From Chara braunii (Eukaryota > Plantae > Charophyceae), in assembly GCA_003427395.1 (NCBI GenBank), contig BFEA01000027.1, positions 2,146,729 through 2,210,728 on the forward strand: a stretch of 64,000 nucleotides of DNA, read 5' to 3'. Made by a program: the position numbers and the translations under genes. Shown piece by piece: positions 13,704 through 26,800 of the stretch (position 1 is its first letter; each line of letters starts with the position of its first letter). The notes beneath the pieces were generated by a model that saw nothing but the letters and a program-made list of their open reading frames with translations, had not been told where the DNA came from and did not search any database.

Positions 13704-14703
13704 AAAAATATGGGTTCAGCGAGCATACACACAGAAGGAGAGTTATACCTGAAGATTCTCTGCCTCCAGAACCTCACCTAGGTCCAGATCTCTCGCATTT
13801 GGTGGGTGGACCTCCCACAAGGTTTTGTTGCGGCTTTTAGGTTGCTATCCGACTTACCGCCTTCCTATCCGGACTTCGATTAGACTTAGAGTAAGAAGGG
13901 AAGAAAAAAAAAGTTTCAGACTCTCGAGATATAAGGAGGGGACAACTCAACTCGCGCAACAGGGTCTTAAAATCTTTATGCGCCAGAGGGCCCCACGATG
14001 GCGGTTGAAACACAGTGGAAGTGGCCAAATCACAACCAATACGCAAGGTACCCGCCTTCTAATAAACCTCCAAGTCGTTGCAATGCCCCCTTTGCAGAAT
14101 CTGACCACCCCTTCAAGTCGCGCCACTATCGATACACCACGTGGGCCGTTCATCCGGGTGGGGACTCAACTTTTTCCCGCGCCCTCGTCGTAAACTACGG
14201 ACGAGGTCGTATCGGGTATGATTCATGAAAAGTACCCCAAATACCCTTGTAAGGATATTTGGTACGACACCGCAAGCATGAAGGCAATGATTTAGTACTA
14301 CTTTTTGTACATTTATGACCTGGTTTACAAAATAATGTTGTTTGTGAGAAATAATATATAATCTAAGTGTTTATATTGTGTAGTTGGGTAGCACGCCTTA
14401 CACGTATGTGTTTTTAGAGCACGTGCATACGTGTATTCACGTATATGCGCATGTATCGCATGCGTGCGCACATGTACCCAAATTTGTGGTCCGACTACGT
14501 GGTTGCAGCAGGCCGTTTCCCGGGCTTGGTTTGACCCCGTAGGGGTTGGGGGGTGGGCGAGGGGGTGGGTGGGGGCCAGAGCAAGGTCGGGGGGTAACGA
14601 GGGGTTGGAGGTAGACCAAGTCGCCCCCGACCACGATGTATGTGTGTATGTGAGAGTGCGCCCCAGCACAAGCGAGCACCCGCGCGTGCGCACGCGCGCG
14701 CAC

Positions 14704-14705
<2 letters not shown>

Positions 14706-14785
<80 letters not shown>

Positions 14786-14870
14786 NNNNNNNNNNNNNNN
14801 NNNNNNNNNNNNNNNNNNNNNNNNNNNNNNNNNNNNNNNNNNNNNNNNNNNNNNNNNNNNNNNNNNNNNN

Positions 14871-14948
<78 letters not shown>

Positions 14949-14965
14949 AAGAGAGTTAGAGAGAG
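14706..14965 (+). repeat. (GA)n microsatellite spanning an N gap
   Basis: Direct reading. Confidence 0.95.
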
Positions 14966-14974
14966 ATCGGGTGC

Positions 14975-15615
14975 CTTCAACCTCGCCATCTCCTTGTTGT
15001 CGTCCTCCTTCCCATCGTCATCTTGGTCCTCCTCCTCCCCATCGCCGTCTTACTCTTGCCATCTTCTCCACCTCCTCGTTGTCTTCATCATCTTCCTCCT
15101 CCCCATCGTCGTCTCCCTCCTCCATTGTCACCACGTCCAGTCGTCATCTTCCTCCTCCTCCTCCCCCATGACATCTTCCTCTGCCGTCTTATCCACCTCC
15201 CTTTCATCTTTGTCCGCTTGGTCCTCAACTTCTTCGTCTTCCTCCTCAATATCCTCCACCCTCATCATCGACTTCCTCTTCCATCAACTCCACCACCTTA
15301 CCTCTTCTTTTTTCTCGACCTCCCCTGCTGCGTGTTGTTTTTCTTTTCACTGTGAAGTTCGAAATCCATATCCTTCACCACCTTCCCTCCTTCTCTGTCT
15401 GCACTTTCCCGTCGTCGACTTCCGCCTGCTCCTTCCTATCATCGTCCTCCTTCATCTATCTCACCTCTCCGTCGTTATCTCTCTCCTGCTCCTCCCCATC
15501 GTCGTCTTCCTTTGCAATATCTTTCACCTCTACGTTGTCTTTCCCCTCCTCCTCCTCCTCCTCCCCTCCGTTACCTTCCTTCGCCACGTCGTTCACTTCC
15601 TCCTTGTCTTCCGTA
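14975..15615 (+). repeat. Pyrimidine-rich (TCC/TCG/TCT) low-complexity tract
   Basis: Direct reading; the ORFs here are low-complexity artefacts. Confidence 0.8.
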
Positions 15616-17496
15616 TTGGTATAATCGTAGTAGTAATATTATTAATAGTATTTAATATATTAAATCAATTTATACGTATAATATGATACATAACACTATA
15701 TAATATATATATATTTATTTCTCTATAAATATATATATAATACATACATGTACGCACATTTTTTTGTATGTACACGTACGCACCTCGTACACATATACGG
15801 TGCTACCCAGCTGTGTAGTAACATGGGCTCGAAAAATACAGAAACAAACTGTGAACTTTTGGACATTCGTTTTCGTGCCATTAAAAAAAATGTAATTTTT
15901 TAACTAAATCATAGTTGCATAGAACTGCAACATGGTATAAATAAGGGTTCTTACCCAACTTATGTGGTTGAATGTTATACTCATGAGTTGTTGCTGTACA
16001 ACCCGAATAAAAAAAAAAATGACTCGATCAAAATCTCGCTCAAATCAGATGAACGAAGGATGGTTAGGATCCTAGAGAAGCGGTTACCAGAGCCATAAAA
16101 TTTCAGCATTTTTTCATTGACTTCATAATAAAACTCCCATACATTTTGTAAACCAAACTTGTCACCAATCCATATAGTGGACAAGAAATAAACAAATTTG
16201 AACAACAAATAGACAAATAAACTTATGTATTGTGTCAATTTGAGACGATATTTTTTTTATAAGAAACAATTGAGCCTTGGTCTAAAAACATTGAAGAGAG
16301 CGCACTTGATCTCACATACTAGTTGCTACAAGTACTCTTTCGGGGAGAACATCAATATGAGTGAAATGAAACAACTGGGGGGAAAACAAAAGTGGGTAAG
16401 AGTTCTTTTGGATTCAGTGCTAGTCGAGGGCTACCCCAAAATTACAAGGACTCTTAGCATCTTGGATAGTAGGCAGCCAACCACCTTTATTTTCACGACC
16501 TCATGATAATACCACAATGATGTGATTACCTAAATAGCCTAAGCTTTTACCAAGACTAGTCAAAAAAAAATTGGGATTTAAGCTTAAGGCCACACTCACA
16601 CAAGCACTCTTTTGAATGTATCTGAGTTCAATTGTGGCCATACTCTGATGCATATCATGGTAATGTTTTCCGAAGTTTATGTGAGTATGCCCTAACTTTG
16701 AATTATTGTGGCTGGTTAGTTTGATGATGATACCTCAAGATCCGAGGCTAAGTCCCAGTCGCAAGGGTTTAGGCATAGTTTCAAGTATATGTAGGTTTCT
16801 TCCATCGGATCTAAACATCTCACAGGCTCACTGTGACTAAGTTGAAAAACACTAGAAAGGATGACTAAACCCTCGTCAGTGGTTTTAAAAGTACTTAAAA
16901 GGATCGAGAAACACAGGAGGGTGGGAATCGGCGAGTTGCGACACTGTAGTGGTCCAAGTCAACTCTTATCGTCCAGATAGAGACAAGTTCCTCCAAGACC
17001 GAATTGTAGCTACCATGTCCTGGTGCACCAAGCATAGGAAAGGTAAATCTTGAAGTAGTTAAGCGTACACATCGATCACTTTAGGCATGAGGGATATGAG
17101 TCTCTCCCCTTGAAATTGGAATGTGGATTTTCAGTGCATTGAATGTGTTACGACCTAGAGTAAGGGACAACAATATGCTCCTTGGGGCTCGCAAGGTGGG
17201 CTTTGATAGCGTTAAAGTGTCGCAACACATCAGAACATATCGAACTAAAGAGCGCTTAAAGTCGGCACACTTCTTATGGAGCTTTTCTCAAAGTGGCTTA
17301 CTCATGATTTGGAGCAGCGAAATAGCAGAGCACTAAGGTGGGAAATAATGGAGCAACGATGTGGGGGCGTGGAATTTTCTTGGACGCTAAGCTACGGGTC
17401 AGTTTGGTTACATCATATTTTTGTTGTTGTTTCTATGATTTATAAATGCGTATATAGACCCAATGGGAGTTACCATGTGCTCAGGCTGACACGCTC

Positions 17497-17498
<2 letters not shown>

Positions 17499-17557
<59 letters not shown>
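17499..17557 (+). repeat. (GA)n microsatellite
   Basis: Direct reading. Confidence 0.95.
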
Positions 17558-17558
<1 letters not shown>

Positions 17559-19717
17559 ATTGTTTAGAAAAAAAGGTCATGATATCAACATTGTTGAGGT
17601 GTATGCTTAAGATAGAAATGGGTTAATTGGGGTAGAACTACATAAATTAGGTATAATGAGCATAAAACCAAATCTTTGGGTTAGTTCAGATAGGTAGGCT
17701 GTTAAGAACAGTTCAAGACTAGATGATAAGGGAGATATTGTAGCATCAGCATATAGTAAGCAGAAGGTAAGTTTGACTAAGTCATAACACTATGAATCGC
17801 TGGAAAAGGTGATCAAGAGTATATAAGTGTGTGTGTGTGAGAGAAAGAGAGAAAACGGTAACTTCCATGGGCGGGATTCAATGAGAAAACATTCAGTAAC
17901 GTAGAACCACGCAGGCCATGTAGGAGGGCAAAAAATATATATTTTAATAGTGTTAAGCATGTGAAATCAAGGAATGCAGAGAAATCGAACGGACAAAAGA
18001 AATAGGGCAAGAAAGAGTCAGGGATACAGTAAAATATTATCGAATAGGCCAAAAACCCAAACTATTTCCTGCCTATTTCTTTCATTATACCCCCTGAACA
18101 TTTACTTTACCAACCCCCCGAATGTATTTTTTACTACACTCCCAGGAAAGAGAGAAAAATGGGGAGAGGTAATAATATCAAACTTTTAACATTGGGTTAC
18201 TCAAACATATAAAAAAATCATGAAGAACTAAGACCACGTGGCTGCAATTTTATGAAGAAATGGCATTATCAAGCACACGAGATTAATGGAAACTTATTCA
18301 AGAACGATGATCGTTTGATTTGAGTTCATCTTAGAAAAAAAAGATGCATTTGTAGAAGTGATGAACATAGGTATTTTTGAAGAGAATCGTGAATAAGATT
18401 TCTTAAGATTGACACATCCTTGCCACATTGATATTTCAGTGACCCTAAGATGATCGGATAACGGATAAGAGAGTACGTTCATAAAAAAAAATGTTCACAA
18501 ATATCTAACCAACATAAGTTGTTTTCTACTACAATATTGGTAGGATTTTGGTTATGGTTTAAGGGACAACGAATCAAACCTTTAAGAAAAACTCAATCGT
18601 TTTACAAGATTGATGACAAGATAGGAAAACATCAGATATAAGCGGGATTCAATACAATGCACAAGAAAGTATAATATAGTAGTGCTCGTAGTGAGGAGTT
18701 CAACTTTCAGGTTTAAACGACTAGAAGGGTGATACCATAGATTGGAGTGACATATGATTATACATCTAGATTCAAGCGTTTTTTGTGGTGAAGTTGTCTA
18801 TGTACGATTTTGTGTGAACCTTTCGATTCATGTATAATTGGACCGGATTTCCCACAAGTATTTTCTCTTACAAATAGATGGAGTCGTCAAACTCAACCTG
18901 TGAAGTTTATGTACTACTCCCGAGGCATACATCTGTCTTAATAATTTAAAAAAAAAAACTCGAAAGGAAAACTAAAGTCCTTATCAGTGAAATGAGAGAG
19001 ACGATTTTTTTGGATGACATTTATTCTGGTTCGGTACCGATATTTATATTATTTGGCATCGACCAATCCCGAGAAGTCTTGACGTGAGCATGCACTCATG
19101 CATTGTGAAGTTAATGAATGTGGTAATGGTTAGGACATGCTTAAGACTTTGTGCTATGACATCGGTCGTACTTGTGGTAGTACACATTTAGAGAAATCAT
19201 AATATGAGTATGAGTAACATTTAGGAATTGATGAAATGTTAATGCTCATGTTGTCAAGAGTATGTGTTGTTGGATATTCGAGACCGAAAACAATGAAGTA
19301 AACCAAATATTTAGGTGAGAATGAATATAAATTCGTCATGGTGGACTTTTTGTAGTATTCCCTATAATAGGATGCACAATAATTATCGCATAAGGACTGT
19401 GCGCTCTATTAAGGGGAAGACGGGTGGTCAAGTATAAAACTATCTCTGATAGGTAAAATAAAATTAAAAATATTGTTCTTATCAACCTAAAGTAGGGTTG
19501 CATAATTGGGTAATGAGGTATATTTCGACAATTTTTTTTCTTTTGTGGCCTCAATAAACACATATAGCACTCGATCTCAACCACAAGGTCGATAAGGTAT
19601 ATATATATATGTATATATATAAATTGATATTATATATATATATATGTTTGTGTGTGTGTTATCTTTTTTTTTTTTAATTTCATGATTGACAACGGTTCCA
19701 ATATCAAGTTTGTCAAT

Positions 19718-21250
19718 GTGAAGTTTGAGCAAGAGAGGGAGTTTTTGATTTTACACCTTACGAAGGTGGAAGCCTAAGGAAAATAAATTAAAACTAATCT
19801 TGGTTGGAAGCATGAGGAACCCTGTTAAGTAGCAGGAGATTTATAAGTCGGGCATAAGGTTAGTGCAACGGTACTATATTTGGCTTGGGCTATAGCCAAA
19901 CGTATTTTGGCTATCTATTGGTTTAGCATGTGGGACTACGTCATCGGTCTGATCTCACAGGCAGTTAAGTCATTTCATATAGGATCGCCGTTGGTACCAT
20001 CCAATCCACTCAATTCCGTTAGGATATACCAAGCCACCATTTGCACTTTCGATTCATTCCACCCCGTGAACTTTCAAATTATGGTCCATCATTAACCAGT
20101 TTGTGGTGATGCATGTGTATTGCCTCCGTCTCCATTTTTATATTCTTGCTCCTTCTTCCCGTTCTTAACAGTAAGGTATCTACCACCCACACAACTCCCA
20201 CTAGTATCGATGTGGGATTAAGATGTTTCACCCTTACCCGCATGCGCTACAAGTAGTGGGGCGTTGGGAGGATGTGGAATGCATCGAAAGTGCAAACAAC
20301 AACTGGGTATATCACAACGGAATTGAATGGATTGGATGGTAACAACGACGGCGGTGTATGAAATGACTTACTTGCCTGTGAGATCAGACCGATGACCTGG
20401 TCCCAGAGGCCCAACATGTAGCTAAAATATATCCGACTATAGCCCAAGCCAACTTGAAATAGAGTACCGTTGCACTGACCTCATGCCCCGCTTGTAAATT
20501 TCCTTTAACTTAACAGGGTTACTCATGATTCCAACCAAGACTAGTTTTACTACATTCCCCTTAGGCTTCCACCTTTGTAAGGTGGAAAATAAAAAACTAT
20601 CTCCCTATCTCAAACTTCACCGTGGTGGAGCTTGGGGGGGGAAAGGGAATGTCTTTGCTCTAGTTCACATCCTCGTTGTTGCACTCGTTCGTAGAGTATG
20701 GTCCACCATGAGTCAGTATGTGGTGATGCATGTGTACCTCCTTTATCTTCATTTCTACATTCTTCCTTCTTATTCCCATTCTTAATACTAAGGGATCTGC
20801 CACCCACACAACTCCCACTAGTACGGAAGCACGATCAATATTTTCCGCTATCACCCACCTACGCTACTGGCAGTGCGACACTGGGAGGAAAACAACGAGT
20901 GCAAAAATGAGGATGTGAATTGGAGCGTTCGTCATTGGTACCACCCAATCCATTCAACTCGGTTGTGATATACCCCGTCGTCGTTTGCACTTTTGATGCA
21001 TTCTAACCAGTGAGCTTTTAGAGTATGGTCCACTATGATTCAGCCTGCGGTGATGCATGTGTACCTCGTTTATCTCCATTTCCACATTCTTCCTCCCTCT
21101 TGCCCTTCTTAATAAGAAGAGATTTGTCACCCACACAACTCTCATTAGCACCAAAGTGGGATCAAGATTTTCCGCTCTCACCCGCCTGCGCTACTGGCAG
21201 TACGACGTTGGGAGGATAACAACGAGTGCAACAACGAGGATGTGAACTGA
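19718..21250. mobile_element. Foldback-type complex: ~345-bp inverted arms around a ~200-bp core that recurs twice downstream
   Basis: Arms 19718-20062 and 20274-20620 are reverse complements; core copies at ~20068, ~20690 and ~21015. Confidence 0.75.
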
Positions 21251-22141
21251 AGCGAAGACATCCCCCTCCCCCATTTTTCGTTTGCTTCTATTACAGTTAG
21301 TTATGAGACTGTAATAATGCCATCATAAAATCTAGTAAGAAGTCAACCAAAACTATTTAAGGCTTTTATTGTCAAATTTATTAAAGATAAACTTCGTTTA
21401 GGTACAATATGATGATCATAGGCACGGGATCAAGGGATTGCATTTATGAAAAGTAGTTAATAATTGTATAATGAGTTGTAATTTGTGAAACGGTTTTTGT
21501 AAGCGAGCACAAAAGAGCGTCTATGTCGTCCTGATGAAAAACTGAATGATTCAAGACATCTTGCACAACCACTAAGAATTTACAACTTGTGATTTGCTTA
21601 CCGGCAACTATACAGATCCGTGTGCATCTTCGTTTTAGCGCAGGTAGAGCACTATATTAACAACTATCAAATGCTGATGATATTTCACGTGCTGAAATTC
21701 CGGACTATGTGGGCCTCCTAAAGCAGGAAGTAGTAGAGAGTTTCGCTAACTGGTACAACATGAAAGGCAATATACAAGAAATTTTTGAATTCATATTCGA
21801 AGTATGTATTATGAAAGTGGTCCTAGTTCAAAAAAATGAGTTGGACAGACTTGTTCTTACACGGCTTGATAAAAAAATATGGCGATACAATGGTGATATG
21901 TCCCAAGGTGCACTAAAAAGCGATGATGGTTACCTTCGAACGTATGGTTATGGCAATATAGGTGCACTTGCAGTTCAAGTGTGCAAGGAAGTTCCAGAAT
22001 GTGAAAAGAATCGGATTAAAAAGGTTTGTGAGATGGGATTCAAAGAGTGGCTTCAAGGAGACATACGTGCTCAAAAAACGTAAAGATTTTATCGTCAGAA
22101 TTACCCTCAAAGAACCAATGGTGAGGACAATGAGGTTCAAC

Positions 22142-23738
22142 GAAAAAAATTCCCAGAATTAAATAATCATTCTATGGTGAAATTACATTCTAAATTTTAA
22201 ATTTTCATTCCATCTTAAAAAATGTCATTCCAATTTTAAAATTTTTCGTCTTACTTGAAAACTTTCCTTCCAAGAATGGGGTATCCCTTCCTATTTGAAC
22301 TGCATGCTAGAGATGGAATGAAAGTAGGGACGAGTTCATAAAATATTTTAATTGGACTGTTATTCTAAGTAAGGATTTCCAGTCATAAACAGGTTAATCC
22401 GATCTAAATTAAAAGATATTTCTTGTAGTAGAATGAAAGTTTAATTAAAATATTTCACACACTCGTCCAGACTTTTATTCCATCTTGAACAAATATGTAT
22501 AGTTGGAAGGGAAAACTCGTATTTAGACGGAAACTTATCAAATAAAACTGGAAATTTTAAAATTTGACGAACATTAGAATGATAATTTATAAATATGAAG
22601 GATTTTGTTTTTGTGGAATGTTTTTCAACTTTCATTTCTCGTAGGAATTTTTCTGTTGTTGGTGGAAGGCATTGAACCACGTCTTATTCACTTTTTCTAG
22701 AGGATGGCATTATAACCTACCTTCAGGTTGTTGAGCACATGCTCATTATACTAGAACAAATAAACAAAGAAATATCGAAGATGAGGTGTGCTGAAAAATA
22801 GAAGCGAGGTTCCAAGAAATCAAAGAGATGTTTAGTAGGTTTCTGCCAGTATATGATGAGCTCATGTGGGCACTAGACTGGATAGTTAAGTACTATATTA
22901 TCAAAGGAAATACGCTTGTTTGAACCAATACGAGAGGTAAGGGATGCACATATGGGTTGACAACGGAAAGTGGTCACTTGTGAAAGTTAGAGTTCCTAGA
23001 CCTGAAGAAGTTTGCGCAGCTGGAGTTGAAGCACATGTATACATACACCATTGGGTTAAATTGAAGCACGAGGTGTGAATTCCAATGCGGAAGGGTACAA
23101 AAGAGTTTGGAATCAAGAGGTGGGGTTATATCATATGCCTTTGCTTTGGAATTCGTACTCTTCTGCATTGGAATCCCCACCTCGTGCCTCAATTTAACCC
23201 AATAGCGTATGTATATGCGTGGCGCAACAGAAAAATTCCCACGAGAAATGAAAGTTTAAAAAAAAAATCATTAAAAAAAAAAACATCATATTTATACATT
23301 ATCATTCTAATGTTCGTCCAATTCTAAAATTTTCAGTTTTATTTGATAAGTTTCGGTTTAAATATGAGTTTTTCCTTCCATCTATATTTATTTGTTCAAG
23401 ATGGAATGAAAGTCTGGACGAGTTTATGACATGTTTTAATTAAATTTTCATTCTACTACAACAAATATCTTCTTATTTAGATTGGATTAACCTATTTATG
23501 ACTGAAAATCCTTACTTAGAATGACAGTCCAATTAAAATATTCCATGAACTCATTCAGACTTTCATTCCATCTCTAACATGTAGCTCAAATAAAAAAGGA
23601 TACCCCATTGGAAGGAAAGTTTTCAAGTAAGACGGAAAATTTTAAAATTGGAATGACATTTTTTAAAATAGAATGAAAATTTAAAATTTAGAATGTAATT
23701 TTACTTTAGAATGATTATTTAATCTGGGAATTTTTTTC
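22142..23738. mobile_element. Non-autonomous Mutator-like (MULE)/foldback DNA transposon with ~455-bp TIRs
   Basis: 22142-22598 is the reverse complement of 23286-23738; G...C termini; possible degenerate 9-bp TSD aggttcaac/aggtctacg. Confidence 0.8.
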
Positions 23739-23874
23739 AGGTCTACGGGGATCCGACTTCCACAAACAATCATTTTTGGTGGTCAATGTGGAAATGAGGA
23801 TTCCAATGCGGACGAGTACAAATGCCTTTGCTTTGTAATTCATACTCTTTTGCATTGGAATCTCATGTATAGGA

Positions 23875-26800
23875 TTGCAATGTGGAAATACGGGAGGTTC
23901 GTTTCGGGAAAACAAAGGGAACGAAAGGAAGGACGAAAGGGGAAGAATAACAAGGGGGGAAACGAAGGGGAAAGCGGCCAAAGACACGAACGGAGAGAAT
24001 GGTGAAGAAGAGGAGGCGGAGGAGGAAAGAGATAGGGGTTGGAAGCTGGTTAGAAAAAGAAGGAACAAAAGAGAAAAAATCAAGTACAAGGAAAATAAAC
24101 AATCCCCGCCCGCTCGGTAGGAAAGCACAATTAAGGAAAACAATATGGACTCGTCGGTCCCTGCTTCAGGGACACCTCGCACGGACAAAGCGACAGAAAA
24201 CAGCACAACACAAAAGACAATACTGAGAGAAAGGAAAACAGACATGTCTTCTGAAAAAATTACAAAGTAAAAAGAGTTTGACAATCTCGCAGTTGAAAAA
24301 AAAAGTGGAAGGAATGAGAACAGCGGAAGTTAAGACTGCAGCGGAGCGTGACGGAAAAACAGGGGTAGACGCAAGTCTCCACCTGATCTCCCACGTGCCA
24401 TTAGTTCAAGACCTGTCGAAGATTATCGACGACGCTTCTTTGGGTTCCGACCTCATCCCAACCCCCCACGCAGGCCTCCCCCCCCACCCGCCCACTCCTC
24501 TCGAGGTCCTCCCGGAAGAAGTGATGACGAAAGATACTTCATCCCTCATCGATGTGGTTACCGCTGAAGGAAATGATACAGGCCCAGATCTGTTATTCAA
24601 GGCGGTTAACAAGGAAAAATTTGCGAAGAAAAAGAAAACCAAAACAAAAGCAACGAAAAGGATAAATCAGATTAAACCCCCCTCGTTCACTGCGGACGCA
24701 GGTGATACAAGGATTACCTCACGCATAGTGAGCGAGGCGCCGACCAAAAGAATTCTTTTTTGCAAGGAACGAAGAATAAGCAAAATTTACGCTCCTTCCT
24801 CTGACCACATTCTATCAGAGGAAGAGAGTCATCCCACCTCTCAAAAGAAACGCTCATTGAGTGCCCGCTCGAGACCTCCTTCTTGAGCATGGCTGCCCCG
24901 ATGAAGAAGCTCACCAAGAAGGACAAAACCAGAGTTAGAATCAGGGAGTTATTCATCCCGCTGATCTGTGCCAACACACATCAAGGGCTCAGGGTCCTAA
25001 CTACATGGTCAATCGACGAGGCATTGGAGCTTCCAACTATAGAGGTCAAGGAACAACCCTCATATGCCCAAGTGGTGGACCTCATCTGCTCCTCTGTTCT
25101 GAGAGGAGCAGGGTCAGTTTCAATCCCCCCCCTACCCAAGATGGGAAGACATATGGTAGACCTACCATCTGGAGAAAAATTCCTGCTTTACATTGCCTTC
25201 TTGAACTTTGTGTCAATCACTGGTTCCTTCGAACAGTGGAAAAACCTGAACATCCACTAGATGAAAATGTACTTACTCTTGTACCCTGGATCGGAAAGTC
25301 TGAGTGGCATTCGGGTTGGTCACACTCTCACAGCACAGGCAGTAGTAGAATGACTATCCCTAGCAGACACACAACCTTTCCTCTCTGCAGAGAATTTTAC
25401 CTGCCAGAAACTCCCCAACTCCTCATCACCGTCGATCCCTGGGCAGACTTGTGGAGGAGCAGAACGGGAGACAGACAAACTGATGGACTAGAACCGCATC
25501 CAATCCCTGGGCGGCAACGACCCCTCTGATGGTCCTGCCAAACAGGATTAGAATAACAAACTGGAATGTCAGAGGGTTAGGTAACACATCACATCGCAAC
25601 AAAAAAGGCAAATTAACAGATTGGGCCTACGCTAAAGAGGCTCGCGTACTGTGTCTACAGGAAACCAAACTTAACGAAGAAAAAATCGAGGAAGCTCGGA
25701 ACTGGTGGAAGGGCTCACAGTTCTGGTCCCCGGCTGAGGAGACCAGAGGAGGGATGACAATACTCTTTAATTAAGATCTGGATGTTGACATTATTGACCA
25801 CTTCCCTGATACAAAAGGTAGATGGATTTGGGTCAAATTTGCTTTGGCAGATGAAGACTGGGCGGTGATGTCTGTTTATGCCCCGGTCGTTTATTCGGAC
25901 CGAACAAACTTCATAGTCAACCTTCCAGCCTGCGTCCCTGATGTAGAGAACCTAATCATCGCAGAAGATTGGAATACCATATTCAACCCGGGCCTAGATT
26001 CTCTACATCCCACCACCCTGAGGTCTGATATGGTCATGTTGTCTTCTTTCCTAGAATCGCAAAGTTTGGTCGACATATATAAAACCCTGAACCCAGATAG
26101 TCCGGGATTCACTTGGTACGCACCCAGACCCACCCCAAAAGCCCCTCAACCTAGGAAAAGACTGGATTTCTTCCTATCAAGGGGAGCAGTCTGGGACAGG
26201 TGTATGTGGTGTGACTTCATGGTGGCGTCCATATTGGACCACTACCCTGTCTGCATGGATGTTATAGTCAAAGATGTTTTTGACAAAGTCCGCCCCCCAT
26301 TCAAACTAAACGTTAACCTGATGAAGGACAAAGGGATCACAGACTGGATGGACTCCCAAATGAAAGCTTGGAGCTCAGCAAAAGATCTCTTTGATCATGA
26401 GCACTCCTGGGAAGAGGTTGGATTGACGATTATCACATCCGCCCTCGAAACCTTCTCGAGAATGAAAGAAGCAAACATGAATTGGAAAGAAAAATGCACA
26501 ATAAAGGCAATAGAGGAAGCGGAAAGTAAAATGGGTTTCGACCCGTTTACTGATTACTATTGGTCAGAGATACGCAACAAAAATCTGGCCCTGCTTGATC
26601 AATTAGAATCACAACGCCAAGCCGGATGGTTAGAATGACTTAAACTAAGAGGTCTTATTGGCTATGACAGAATGACAAAAATCACCTTCAGATCCCTAAT
26701 CCTTAAACAGACGAAGCCGGTGTTAAGGGAATTATCCCACTCCTTTAGCCTGGAGATGGAAACAACCAATGATACATCCACGATGTGCAACTATGCCAAG

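Noticed and set aside
14431-15686. Long ORFs of 246 and 348 aa
   Set aside because: Produced by (GA)n, an N gap and a pyrimidine-rich tract.
14380-15813. TIR element bounded by gttgggtagcac/gtgctacccagc
   Set aside because: The inverted match is short and there is no TSD.
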